From Candidatus Babeliales bacterium (GTDB taxonomy: Bacteria > Babelota > Babeliae > Babelales > JANWKD01): a stretch of 64,000 nucleotides of DNA. How positions within the stretch are numbered: position 1 is the stretch's first letter; each line of letters starts with the position of its first letter. Positions 20,075 through 30,388 of the stretch are shown piece by piece. A program made the translations under genes and the position numbers. The stretch lies in assembly GCA_963762115.1 (NCBI GenBank), contig CAVXJH010000005.1, forward strand, positions 64,001 through 128,000, read 5' to 3'. The notes below the pieces were generated by a model. It did not search any database. It was not told where the DNA came from and worked only from the letters and a program-made list of their open reading frames with translations.

Positions 20075-21010
20075 TCATAATTTTCTGGCGATCACCATAA
20101 TTGTTTGGGGACGATTTTTTTTGGGAGCATATTTACCAAGGCCATACCGTAGAAAATATAAAAAATAATAATAACTATTTTTTAAACACTTTTTTAGCAA
20201 AGCAATAAAAGCATTTTGAGCGGATACTGCGTTTTGATCGAAATACTTTGTTGAATCTACCATTTCAGGAGTATTTTTGAGCGATTTTAACCATCGCATA
20301 AACGAAAGCTGAGGAACAATTGAATACCGATAGAAACCAACAAGCTTGAAACCCGTCTTTTCTAAAAGCAAAGATATCGTTTGTTCACTAAAAAAAAAGA
20401 GATGATCTGGATATTGAAAACTAGAAAACAGCGGATAATAAGCAGCATCAACATCGCCTATATTGCCCGTTTCAAACATAAGATAACCATTTTCACCCAA
20501 CAAAGCATGCATCGTGCCAAACTCTTTAATGGGATCATGAAAGTGACTAATCACATCACTATGACAAATAACATCGAAAGTAGTACCAGAAAATGAATTA
20601 ATGGCGAGCGGTTTTTGCTCACAGGGAATATGCAATGTTTTTTGCATAAATTCAGCTTGATCAGGATTAAGTTCCAAACCAAAAGGCTCAAATCCAAGGC
20701 GACGCGCTTCATCCAAAAAATATCCTGCACCAGAGCCAATTTCGAGTATTTTACCTTTTTTGATATATTTTTTGAGAATAGCCAGATGATGTCGGGCATA
20801 TAAGCGCTTTAAAAAGCTACCAGCAATATGTGATTGTGCCGTTATGTGTGCATTACCGTGACCATAAATATCAAGCACTTCATCAATCATTGGCCGCGGG
20901 GAAATATAAATTAATGAACAATCAGAACATTTTTTGCCCTGATATCCATCTTCTTCAATGGCCACATAATTACTTTTTTTTGCACAAAAAATGCAGGCTA
21001 TATCTTCCAT
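20075..21010 (-). CDS. Class I SAM-dependent methyltransferase
   Basis: N-terminal CxxC...CxxC, ILEIGSGAG, DVISHFHDP, PDHLFFFS. Confidence 0.85.
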   Translation of the reverse strand: MEDIACIFCAKKSNYVAIEEDGYQGKKCSDCSLIYISPRPMIDEVLDIYGHGNAHITAQSHIAGSFLKRLYARHHLAILKKYIKKGKILEIGSGAGYFLDEARRLGFEPFGLELNPDQAEFMQKTLHIPCEQKPLAINSFSGTTFDVICHSDVISHFHDPIKEFGTMHALLGENGYLMFETGNIGDVDAAYYPLFSSFQYPDHLFFFSEQTISLLLEKTGFKLVGFYRYSIVPQLSFMRWLKSLKNTPEMVDSTKYFDQNAVSAQNAFIALLKKCLKNSYYYFLYFLRYGLGKYAPKKNRPQTIMVIARKL

Positions 21011-21140
21011 AAAACTCTCTCCTTGCCTAAATATATAAGTGCTTAAAAGATATAATTTGCTTAATGAAAAGTCTAGTTCGCATAACTTAAAATGAGATGT
21101 ATAATTTTTTGCAAGACTTAGAAGAGAGGAATGTCATTGC

Positions 21141-22319
21141 TGTATGTGTTCAGAGTTTCGGTGAATAATTTTTTACACAAAGTGGCAATCAAAGTTGAAT
21201 TGTAAGTTTTTTAATTCCTTAAACGGGTATGCCGGTTTCTTTCAACAATTCGGATGGTACTTTGCCATTCAAACCTTGATGCGGCCGATGTTCATTGTGA
21301 TAGAAATTATATCCAAGAACAGCATCTTTTAATTCATCGATTGTGTTAAAGATGGATCCTTCAATAACTTCATCATCAAAAGAACGCCAAAATCTTTCAA
21401 TTTTTCCATTTGTTTGTGGTCTATAAGGCAAAGTTCTTCGATGTTTAATCGCAAAATGAAGTAGCAATCGTTCAAAAGGATGATTTTTTAATTTTTCTGG
21501 CGTTGAACAAAACTCAGCACCATTATCTGTCAGAGCTTCATCAAAGGTGATATTATATCGTTGGTTCATATGTAAAATAATATCCATCATAGCAAAGGCA
21601 ACATCAATTGCCTTTAAAGATTCAATTACTTCGACCCAAACTATTCTCGAAAAATCATCAATTACACCCAATACAAAATATTTCTTTTTAGGTTCAGATT
21701 GTACAATTCCCTTAGGTAGGTAATGGCAATCTATATGAGCTAATGATCCTGCAAATGTTCTCACAATCTTTCTTTTTTCCTCTTGCACTAATTTAGTTAA
21801 TTTAGAAACACCATATTTTCGTAAAGTTCGATACACTGAACTTGCAGAAAAACCCTTTTTAATCAAAGGATTTTTTTTGAGGGCCGCAGCGATAACATAC
21901 CTATTTAAACCTGATTTTCGGTATTCCAAAATTTTTTTTACAAGGCTATCATCTGCAAGTGGAAGTTCCTCAAATTTAGGTTTAGGACCACGCCTTATAG
22001 GCAGTAGAAGTTCGGGAATTCCCTGGGCCGCTTTATAGCGCCCATAAAGTTTATAAAAATTCTGGAAACAGAGCTCCCTGGCTTCAAAAAATTCTCGAAC
22101 AAACCTAAATTGTGGATGCTTTTTTGCCTTAACAAGCTCATATTCTTCTACATATTTTAGCATGTACTTTATTGAATTACTAACCAAAGTAGGATACGAT
22201 GTATTTATACTCACAAAAGAACTCCTGTGTTAAAATTGTTAATATTTGCGTATTCTAATTCTAACTCTGATTTACTTTTGTGGGTATTTTTTTATTCACC
22301 GAAATTATGAACTTTTACA
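21141..22319 (-). mobile_element. IS481-family insertion sequence
   Basis: TGT...ACA ends; imperfect 28-bp TIRs tgtatgtgttcagagtttcggtgaataa (21141-21168) and 22292-22319; single transposase ORF. Confidence 0.85.
21219..22214 (-). CDS. IS481-family DDE transposase (rve integrase core)
   Basis: HID, IDDFSR, LTDNGAEF, PYRPQTNGKIERF, YNEHRPHQGL. Confidence 0.92.
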   Translation of the reverse strand: MSINTSYPTLVSNSIKYMLKYVEEYELVKAKKHPQFRFVREFFEARELCFQNFYKLYGRYKAAQGIPELLLPIRRGPKPKFEELPLADDSLVKKILEYRKSGLNRYVIAAALKKNPLIKKGFSASSVYRTLRKYGVSKLTKLVQEEKRKIVRTFAGSLAHIDCHYLPKGIVQSEPKKKYFVLGVIDDFSRIVWVEVIESLKAIDVAFAMMDIILHMNQRYNITFDEALTDNGAEFCSTPEKLKNHPFERLLLHFAIKHRRTLPYRPQTNGKIERFWRSFDDEVIEGSIFNTIDELKDAVLGYNFYHNEHRPHQGLNGKVPSELLKETGIPV

Positions 22320-22400
22320 GCAATGACATTTCTGATTATTCCGTCACCCACACATATTACATAGTATTTTTATTATATTGTTTATATTTATACAAAAAAA

Positions 22401-22436
22401 AGGCGGATGCTTTTTTTAATAAAAAAGCATCCGCCT
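22401..22436 (-). terminator. Intrinsic terminator of deaD
   Basis: aggcggatgctttttt/aaaaaagcatccgcct stem followed by a U-tract on the minus strand. Confidence 0.75.
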
Positions 22437-22444
22437 GAAAGAAT

Positions 22445-24205
22445 TTATCGACCAAAAGATGCATATTCAGAATAGCTGCTTGATCTGCTTCTGCTACCGC
22501 CTCTACCGCCAAAGCGACTACCGCCTCTTTGTGGCTTTCTGCTCGAAGAACGATCTTGGCTATCACCGCCATTATTGCCACCACCATTGCCTGAACTATA
22601 AGCATTAATGTCAACACGAATACGTCTTCCACCTAAAATTGATCCCTTCAAGCGATCTGCAATTTCTTGCGCGATTTCTTGTGGAACAACAACGAAGGTT
22701 CGACGTTTAATAACTTTTACTTTTTCTAATTGTTGCTCACTAATTGAAGCAACTTCTTTTAAGCAATCAATAATGTCAGATTTGGTAACACCATCATCTG
22801 ATCCAACACTGAGACACAGTTCTTTGACTGAGCTATTTACTTCACCAGAGTCAGCAGCGTTATTAAGCTGCGTTGTTGGCGCAAACTTAATTGCTTGATC
22901 GCTGGCAAGATGTTTAAAGAATTTCTCATCAAGCAACGTAACAAGCGCCTGTGATAAATCTTGCTGAGAAAAAGAGCTTACCAATTGGTTCAAACCAGCT
23001 GCATATGAACTTTGTCGACTTGACGGAGCAATGATACTTTTTACATATTCATCAGCTTCCTGCATGCGAACTTGCGCAATAACATCAGATGAAGGAACAG
23101 CAATCGGATTAATAACTACTTTAAATTTGCGTTGCAAACCACCAACATACCGTGTTTCACTTTGGCTAACAAAGGTAATCGCAATACCATCTTTACCAGC
23201 TCGGCCTGTTCTACCAATACGGTGAACATAACTTTCCTGATCATCTGGTAATGAATAGTTAATTACGTGGGTTAAATCTGAAACGTCAATACCACGTGCA
23301 GCAACATCAGTTGCAACTAAAATAGTAAAATCACGTTGTTTAAACATTTTAATAACACGATTACGTTGCACTTGGCTCATATCACCATGCAATGCATTCG
23401 CTGTATAACCGCGGCGAGAAAGATGTTCTGCAACTTCAGCAGTTAATAATTTTGTCTGACAGAAAACAAAACCGTAGAACTCTGGAACACTGTCAATAAA
23501 TCTGCTAAGCGCAGCAATACGATCACGCATTGGCACTACACAATAAAATTGTTGTGTTTTTGATGTTCCAACATTTTGTTGGCTCACGCGAACAGAAACA
23601 GGATTCTTCATATGCGCACGCATAATATCATTGATTCCTTGTTTTACCGTTGCTGAAAAAAGCCAAATCTGTCTATTTGCAGGTGCACACTTCAAAATTT
23701 CATCAACTTCTTCTTTAAAGCCCATATCAAGCATAATATCTGCTTCATCAAGCACTAAGGTTGTTAATGATTTTAAGTTAAGTATTTTGCGACGCAAATG
23801 ATCATTAAGACGTCCTGGCGTTCCCACGACAATATGAACACCACGTTTTAAAAGACGGATTTGTTCTTCCATTGAAACACCACCATAAATAGGAGCAATT
23901 TCAATATTCATTTCTTGAGCAACACTGCGCAAACTTTGACAAATTTGAACAACTAATTCACGCGTTGGAGCAACAATCAAGCCTTGAACGGTACGATTAT
24001 TAACATCAATGTTTTGAATTAAGGGAATACCAAAAGCAAGGGTTTTACCCGTTCCTGTTTGAGCTTGGCCATGAATATCAATATTCTTGGCATCAAGCAA
24101 TAAGGGAATAGCTTTTGCTTGGATTTCTGTAGGCGTTTCAAAGCCTAATTTTTGTAATGCATTAGCGATTTGTGGCGCTAAAGCAAGTTCTTTAAAAGAT
24201 TTCAT
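22445..24205 (-). CDS. deaD: DEAD-box RNA helicase (DeaD/CsdA type, DbpA RNA-binding domain)
   Basis: Q motif, AQTGTGKT, PTREL, DEAD, SAT, HRIGRTGR; RG-rich tail. Confidence 0.92.
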   Translation of the reverse strand: MKSFKELALAPQIANALQKLGFETPTEIQAKAIPLLLDAKNIDIHGQAQTGTGKTLAFGIPLIQNIDVNNRTVQGLIVAPTRELVVQICQSLRSVAQEMNIEIAPIYGGVSMEEQIRLLKRGVHIVVGTPGRLNDHLRRKILNLKSLTTLVLDEADIMLDMGFKEEVDEILKCAPANRQIWLFSATVKQGINDIMRAHMKNPVSVRVSQQNVGTSKTQQFYCVVPMRDRIAALSRFIDSVPEFYGFVFCQTKLLTAEVAEHLSRRGYTANALHGDMSQVQRNRVIKMFKQRDFTILVATDVAARGIDVSDLTHVINYSLPDDQESYVHRIGRTGRAGKDGIAITFVSQSETRYVGGLQRKFKVVINPIAVPSSDVIAQVRMQEADEYVKSIIAPSSRQSSYAAGLNQLVSSFSQQDLSQALVTLLDEKFFKHLASDQAIKFAPTTQLNNAADSGEVNSSVKELCLSVGSDDGVTKSDIIDCLKEVASISEQQLEKVKVIKRRTFVVVPQEIAQEIADRLKGSILGGRRIRVDINAYSSGNGGGNNGGDSQDRSSSRKPQRGGSRFGGRGGSRSRSSSYSEYASFGR

Positions 24206-24484
24206 TTGGAATGGTTCCTATCGAAGGTTTGTGATGCTTACCTCACACAAGCAAAAAGAGGTAGAAAATACCTTTTTTGAAGTAAATATTGGCTTCCAGT
24301 TAAGACGGCGCTCTTTAAATCGAGCAAAATTGGGTATCACAAACAGTATAAATTCGCTTTTTCAATTCAACCCCGAAGGGCTCACCGCCTCTTTGGCCCT
24401 CTTAGGATACCTTTAATCCTAAGACAAATTGTCAATTTTGTCAAATAGTTACTACCGTTACGCTTAGTTTGAGTTTACCCTGGG

Positions 24485-24518
24485 TTGACAAAAAACCTCT
24501 TTTTTATATCCTAGATAT
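24485..24518 (+). promoter_or_regulatory. Candidate sigma70 promoter for the 24571 gene
   Basis: Perfect TTGACA at 24486 followed by a tatcct-like -10 at plausible spacing. Confidence 0.4.
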
Positions 24519-24570
24519 AGAGGTTTTATATAGTAATTAATCGTAATTACTCTTAAATGGAGGAATTTTC

Positions 24571-25149
24571 ATGAATTTCAAACGCACTATCACTATTGTA
24601 TTATTAGGCATTTTAGCCTTATTAATGATCCGTTCTGTTCAAGCTGCCGATGTTGTTGCACAAGGCGCAAAAGCCGTTACTGAAACAGCGGTTACAGAAC
24701 CAGGATTTTTTGCATCATTGGCAAGCACCTTGGGCGGTTATGCAACATCAGTAGTAGATTATGCTGAAGGCAAATCAAGCATTACCATTAATCCTGTTAC
24801 CGTTACCAGAAGAACGCTTTCCTTTGTAAAAGATCATCCTTGGATAATTATAGGTACAACTATTGCAAGCGTGTATGGTTATAGTAAATATGCAACTTGG
24901 TATAATCGTCATGCATCATTACTTTCCCAACTAAACAAATTAATTGCACAAGACCTCGGACACCAAGGAACTCGCAATCAAAAACAGGTCACAAACATTG
25001 CAAACGAGTATAGAACTCCTTACGGATTTAAACACGCAAGATTGATAACAAATGTTAACAGTTTTTATAATGGCAATACTAAATTTTCAAACGATGTTTA
25101 CACTACAATAAAAAACATCTGTGAAAATAAAATAGAAAGCTTGCTATAA
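24571..25149 (+). CDS. Hypothetical exported protein
   Basis: ggagg RBS; signal peptide ending VQA; internal TM. Confidence 0.7.
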   Translation: MNFKRTITIVLLGILALLMIRSVQAADVVAQGAKAVTETAVTEPGFFASLASTLGGYATSVVDYAEGKSSITINPVTVTRRTLSFVKDHPWIIIGTTIASVYGYSKYATWYNRHASLLSQLNKLIAQDLGHQGTRNQKQVTNIANEYRTPYGFKHARLITNVNSFYNGNTKFSNDVYTTIKNICENKIESLL

Positions 25150-25211
25150 CAACAGATCTGATCAACAATAGGCATAATCAACTTGCAATACAATTTTTAA
25201 TAATAAAAAAC

Positions 25212-26207
25212 ATGAAAAAAAAGTGTATATTTCTCTTTCTTATCAGTTTTATGCACTTTTTTATTATGACCCAACATTGGACCAAAGAAGCAACGTATCT
25301 CTTTGCCCCCGGCTTGTGGTCATCTGAACATCAAGTGGCCAAATATTGCTCAGAATATCGTGCTTCAACCGGTGAATTTGTTACCAGCAACCACAATTTT
25401 GAAGTAATACAGGAAAAAACGACCGTTTCCTGCAATTTCCCCGAAATTAGACTGCGTAAAATATATACTACACAAGAAGTCTCTTTGTTCATGATTCCAG
25501 GCATTGTCCTAAGTTCATTGCTCGAAAAGCTGGGAAAACATATCCTGGAAACCAGTAATAATCGCTATCAAATCACCATTTCTGGCAAGCCAAAACATGG
25601 GTTAAGCATAAATCCCTACTTTCTCAATCTGCTCAAACTCAATTTTGGTCAAAATCTAGATACGCAAATTCTCAAAAATACCTATGAAAAAGCTACTCAA
25701 GACCCTGAATTACCACAAGATATCATCTTATATGGTGTTTCTCGTGGTGCGGTTGCAGCCTTCAATTTTGTAGCAACAGAGTATGCAACCATGCCAAAGA
25801 AAAATATCAAAGCGATCATTCTTGAATCATGCTTTGACTCACTACACAATATGACCTCGTTTAGTTACTTTCTCTCATTGGTCTTACCGCATTATGATCA
25901 CAATGGCATCGCACCAATTCAGCCAAACATGATTCAAAGCTTTGTTGATATCTGTAATGAATATGCCATTCCGGTACTCTTTATAAGCTCTCTTGCTGAT
26001 AATCGCGTTCCCTATAATAATTCTTATAACCTCTATGAACAAACAAAAAAAGCAGGCCTCAACAACGTTCATTTTGTAACCTTGCATAACTCAATTCATT
26101 CAGGGTATAGCCATGATGATCCACAAGACACAAAATTATATTTAAACGCCGTGCATCAATTTTTTAAAATGTATGGCTTGCCTTACCTTGAAACGTTTTT
26201 AGATTAA
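25212..26207 (+). CDS. Exported alpha/beta-fold hydrolase
   Basis: YGVSRG nucleophile elbow, ILES.FD, D.RVP, late His. Confidence 0.8.
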   Translation: MKKKCIFLFLISFMHFFIMTQHWTKEATYLFAPGLWSSEHQVAKYCSEYRASTGEFVTSNHNFEVIQEKTTVSCNFPEIRLRKIYTTQEVSLFMIPGIVLSSLLEKLGKHILETSNNRYQITISGKPKHGLSINPYFLNLLKLNFGQNLDTQILKNTYEKATQDPELPQDIILYGVSRGAVAAFNFVATEYATMPKKNIKAIILESCFDSLHNMTSFSYFLSLVLPHYDHNGIAPIQPNMIQSFVDICNEYAIPVLFISSLADNRVPYNNSYNLYEQTKKAGLNNVHFVTLHNSIHSGYSHDDPQDTKLYLNAVHQFFKMYGLPYLETFLD

Positions 26208-26266
26208 CACACATTCAATACGTTAAAACGCCTAAAATCAAAAGCATTGAGCCTAACAAAAAATCT

Positions 26267-26459
26267 TAAAAACCAAAAATGTCATTCCGAGGCACATTGT
26301 GCCGTGGGAACCCAGATTATGATGTTCTATTAAATAAAATCCCTAAAATCAAAAACTTATTGGATCAACAAATACAACTTAATTGGGAGGAATATATAGA
26401 ATTTTATATGCTGGGTTCCCACGGCACAATGTGCCTCGGAATGACATTTTTGGTTTTTA
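26267..26459. repeat. REPIN-like element: perfect 49-bp inverted repeat around a 95-bp AT-rich spacer
   Basis: 26267-26315 is the exact reverse complement of 26411-26459; core AATGTCATTCCGAG...CCCAG. Confidence 0.9.
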
Positions 26460-26507
26460 CGGTATTTTTCTAGATCAATGGTTCTTTATACTAAAATACT
26501 TTTGCCT

Positions 26508-26590
26508 AATAAACATCCCCGCAGCAAGCTGCGGAGTATTTTTCTAGGAAACGAAGTAAGCTTCGGGGAATTAACCCGCAAGTGATTAAA
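26508..26590. mobile_element. Short double-hairpin element resembling IS200/IS605-type ends (non-autonomous remnant)
   Basis: ccgcagcaagctgcgg and cgaagtaagcttcg hairpins followed by ggggaattaacccg...gattaaa. Confidence 0.45.
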
Positions 26591-26760
26591 CCAATTAAGA
26601 AAAAACAAACGACTCGCCAAGAATCAATTGATTATAATCATCTTCTGGCAAGCACCCGTCCACTCAATCCTTTATACCGTAATACATAGCAATTTTTTAT
26701 ATACCATTTTATGATGTAGGCGATCTCTTACCTTGCAACATCCTAAAAAAAGGAAAAACT

Positions 26761-27375
26761 ATGTATCTACTTTTTTTACTGTTACTCGTCTTGTGCAATC
26801 AAACGCTTTCATCAATCTCACCGGAAGTTGTTGTCGACGAAATAATTACCTTATTACAATCTGGTGCCAACAAAGATTATATCGGTGAAGACATTTCTCA
26901 ATTAGAACATGCATTACAATGTGCACAATTGGCAAAAAATGCCAATGCCGATGAAGAAAGAATTGTTGCTGCATTATTACACGACCTTGGTCACTTAGTT
27001 AATGAAAATGAAGCAACAAGTATGAATGGGTATGGCACAACACATCATGAAAAAATTGGCGCACAGTATGTTCTTGCGCGAGGATTTTCATCCAAAATTG
27101 CTGAACTCATTAAAGGTCACGTTGATGCAAAGCGATACCTTACGTATGCCGATCAACAGTATTATGAAAAATTATCAGATGCCAGCAAAGAAACACTCAA
27201 ACTACAAGGGGGTCCAATGTCGGCACAAGAAGCACATGCTTTTGAACAAGATCCTTTATTTGAACAAAAAATCATGATGCGCTCTTGGGACGAACAAGCA
27301 AAGGTCGTTGATTGGATTGTTCTACCGCTTGCAAGCTACAAAGAAATGTTATTGAATGCTGTGCAAAAAAAATAA
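26761..27375 (+). CDS. HD-domain protein, PhnZ/TmpB-like oxygenase group
   Basis: SQLEHALQ.A, ALLHDLGH, HE..GA, HV.AKRYL, QGGPM, R.WD..AK. Confidence 0.8.
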   Translation: MYLLFLLLLVLCNQTLSSISPEVVVDEIITLLQSGANKDYIGEDISQLEHALQCAQLAKNANADEERIVAALLHDLGHLVNENEATSMNGYGTTHHEKIGAQYVLARGFSSKIAELIKGHVDAKRYLTYADQQYYEKLSDASKETLKLQGGPMSAQEAHAFEQDPLFEQKIMMRSWDEQAKVVDWIVLPLASYKEMLLNAVQKK

Positions 27376-27471
27376 TCAAAAAATAAATACATGAAACTAT
27401 TTATTTTTTTTAAAAAATCGTGTTAAGAATAAACGAGAAATATTCTCAACATCTAAAAAAAAGGATTTCTT

Positions 27472-27735
27472 ATGATGAAAAAAAGCCTTCTTTCGCTCAC
27501 CGTGCTCAGTGCATTGTTGTTAGTTGCCTCTGTTGACGCAAAATCGCGTTGCTGCGGAGGAGGAGTAGCTCGTCCTACAACAAATACTGCTACACCTGCG
27601 CCAAAACCAGTTCCACCACAAGAAACAAAATCACGTTGTGGCTGTCGTCCTTCAGCACCTGCTGCGACCCCTGCACCAAAACCAGTTCCACCACAACAAT
27701 CAAAACAAGCTCAAGCACCAAGACCTCGTCGATAA
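27472..27735 (+). CDS. Small exported Cys/Pro-rich repeat protein
   Basis: Signal peptide ending VDA; two KSRC..-PAPKPVPPQ units. Confidence 0.7.
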   Translation: MMKKSLLSLTVLSALLLVASVDAKSRCCGGGVARPTTNTATPAPKPVPPQETKSRCGCRPSAPAATPAPKPVPPQQSKQAQAPRPRR

Positions 27736-27943
27736 AAATCATCAATAGAGGCCTGTTAACAAAACAGGCCTTCTTTCATACTATTTTTGCCACAATAGAA
27801 CAGTAAAAAAACTTCAACATCTTATCAAAATTAATACAATAAAACCATTGAAAATAAAGGCTTTTTCCTGATATAATTACAAATATAATAGTATATTTTA
27901 ATATATATTCGATTTAAAATCGGAAATTACCGGAGAAAAAGCA

Positions 27944-28711
27944 ATGAAAACAGCAAAAAAACTCTTAAGCCTATTTTTTTTATTGACCACTTTACCTCTT
28001 GCAGCAATGGAGGAGACCAGATCTTTAAAACAAAGATTTGATAGCAATATTAACTGGAATCCAAGCACTGAAAGCATGTATAGCTCAGCAGAAGCAACGC
28101 TTCGTGATAAATTACTTGAAATATATCAACTCATCGAAGATATTTTAACTAAAAAAGCCATGGGTGATAACTCTTTCAGCTGGGATCAAATAAACAACCT
28201 GAAGAGAAACCGCAATAAAATTCGAGAAGCATATGAAGATGAAAAAGGAAAGAGACAAGAAAAAGAAAAAAAAGCAGCTCAACCAAGAATAGAAGCCGAA
28301 CGTAAAAAACAACAAGAAGGAGCCGCAAAACAACGGCGTGAATTCGAAGAACGAGCGAGAGCACCACGAACAACTCCTCTTGATCAACAATCTATGCAAA
28401 ATGTCATGAACGAATATTTTAAAACTAATGGCGATAATCCTACCATCAACGAAGCTCTAGCAATGAAACAAGAAAATATTAAAGGAAGTTTAAACTATTT
28501 CTTACCGTTTAAAAGAAGAAACGATCATTCTTATTATAAAACAAATATAACAACAAACCAGCTCAAGCAATTAATTAATGATATACAAGTTGCTCAAATA
28601 AATGGCTTATTGTCTGAGATTACCCAAAATGACATTAATGATTTACAATCTATGCTAAAAGACTCAGAGGAAGAAGATATATTTTTTGCTTCACGAACTC
28701 GTCGAAAATAA
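27944..28711 (+). CDS. Hypothetical exported coiled-coil protein (SP-ME class)
   Basis: ggag RBS; PLAA|MEETR. Confidence 0.7.
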   Translation: MKTAKKLLSLFFLLTTLPLAAMEETRSLKQRFDSNINWNPSTESMYSSAEATLRDKLLEIYQLIEDILTKKAMGDNSFSWDQINNLKRNRNKIREAYEDEKGKRQEKEKKAAQPRIEAERKKQQEGAAKQRREFEERARAPRTTPLDQQSMQNVMNEYFKTNGDNPTINEALAMKQENIKGSLNYFLPFKRRNDHSYYKTNITTNQLKQLINDIQVAQINGLLSEITQNDINDLQSMLKDSEEEDIFFASRTRRK

Positions 28712-28730
28712 ATCGCTTTAACTATATTTT

Positions 28731-28761
28731 ATTGGAGAAAGATCACTGATCTTTCTCCAAT
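28731..28761. terminator. Terminator hairpin between convergent genes
   Basis: attggagaaagatc/gatctttctccaat. Confidence 0.7.
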
Positions 28762-28770
28762 ATCTTTTCT

Positions 28771-30210
28771 TTAACAAACAACCGTTCTTGTATCAACAGC
28801 CTTTTTGCAGGTTTTACCCAAATACAAGGCAATAAAGAACCAAACAATGACAAAAGCAAAACCAAAATACGCGGTCATCAAAATATGATACATCTGCCCT
28901 GCATGAGCACCCATACTGAGCTGCAAAGGTTTAAGCAGCATATTATAAAAACCGCCCCCTTGCCGCGCAGATCGCGAGCCAAATGTCTCAATCCATGCCT
29001 GTGCTTTAAAACGCACATCATGTGTTGTGGGAATATAGAGCTGCTTCACCGCGGGAACATTGAGTGCATAATTAAATGCCTTTGAACCAACCATTAACCA
29101 GAAAAGGAAGGTAAGATGATGAACGGTTACAAAACCAAAAATAGCACAACCAAGAATAATGGGCATAAGTGCTAATGAAACACCAAGCCCAAAAAATCTG
29201 GTAATCCGATTAATACCAAGCACCAAACAAAGCAAGGTTATTAAACTAACCATGCTACTATAGGTGCCGATATATTCAACTAATGCCAATCCGCAAAATT
29301 TTTCAGCCGCCATACATTTGAAATGAAAATCAAAAATCTGCGTTAACATCTCAAAGAAAAACATCATAGTGAAAATACATAATAAATAACGATGTTGCAC
29401 CAAAAGTTTCAGACCTTCAAAAAAACCTGGTTCTTGTTTTTCAGCAACTTGTTCCTCATTAACGCCATGGAAAGATTGCAAGAAATGTTTTGGTGTAGTC
29501 GCTAAGAAATAACGTAATAAAAATAAAGCACTCATTAAAAGAAAAGCACAACTCATGACCGAAAGACCACACGTCTGAAAACCAAAATAACGAGGAATTT
29601 TACTAATTAAAATAGGACTTACAATGCCACCCAATTGTCCAAGGGCCACAACTAATGAAAAACCTTTTTTTGCTGATTCGGGTTGCGTTGTATCAACAGC
29701 AATTGACCAGAATAATGCCACCATTAACGAGCCATAACTTTCCACAACCGCATAATAGGCATACCCAAGAAACTGTGTCCCCCAAGCAGCCCACCCTGTT
29801 CTTGCTGCAATAATAGCAGAATCAGCTTCTCCAATAACACCATTCATGATAAGAAGAGCAAAAAGAAAGGTAACAACGGTATACCCTATAGAAAGCATAT
29901 AAAAAAGCCTCTCTCGTGAAAGATAATCAAGAAGGCGGGAATATATCATAAGCATAGGAACAAGGCATATTAGCGAGGTTGCCTTTGCATAGGGAAGCAT
30001 TGCCGAGCCTACCAAAGTACTAATAAGAGCTTCTTTCACCGTGCCCAAGGTCCAATATGAACCAATAATAGCACTGAAAACAGCACCCATTTTAAGGAAT
30101 TTTTTGAATTCTTCGCGCTCGAATGAGCCAAAAAGAGGAGAAAAAACATTTTGGAAAAAAGTAATTATCATTGAATCTTTCTTTACAAGAAATTGAGGTG
30201 GAAGAATCAT
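28771..30210 (-). CDS. NTT/TLC-family nucleotide (ATP/ADP) transporter
   Basis: FEREEFKKFL N-terminus, ESYGSL..ALFW, K...Y.LN.P..QLYIPT..D.RFKAQAWI; ~12 TM. Confidence 0.88.
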   Translation of the reverse strand: MILPPQFLVKKDSMIITFFQNVFSPLFGSFEREEFKKFLKMGAVFSAIIGSYWTLGTVKEALISTLVGSAMLPYAKATSLICLVPMLMIYSRLLDYLSRERLFYMLSIGYTVVTFLFALLIMNGVIGEADSAIIAARTGWAAWGTQFLGYAYYAVVESYGSLMVALFWSIAVDTTQPESAKKGFSLVVALGQLGGIVSPILISKIPRYFGFQTCGLSVMSCAFLLMSALFLLRYFLATTPKHFLQSFHGVNEEQVAEKQEPGFFEGLKLLVQHRYLLCIFTMMFFFEMLTQIFDFHFKCMAAEKFCGLALVEYIGTYSSMVSLITLLCLVLGINRITRFFGLGVSLALMPIILGCAIFGFVTVHHLTFLFWLMVGSKAFNYALNVPAVKQLYIPTTHDVRFKAQAWIETFGSRSARQGGGFYNMLLKPLQLSMGAHAGQMYHILMTAYFGFAFVIVWFFIALYLGKTCKKAVDTRTVVC

Positions 30211-30388
30211 CGCTTACTTATTTTAAAGTATTTTATGTTAAAATACTAAAAAAGCTTTTATATACGCATAATTTATCATAAAAAATTCATATAGTCAAAA
30301 ATTTAATCTCTATAAAAAATAAGGTGGCTGTTGTTAAAATTACTCATAATAACAGCCAACCTTTATCTTTTAATTATTTCTTACTTAT

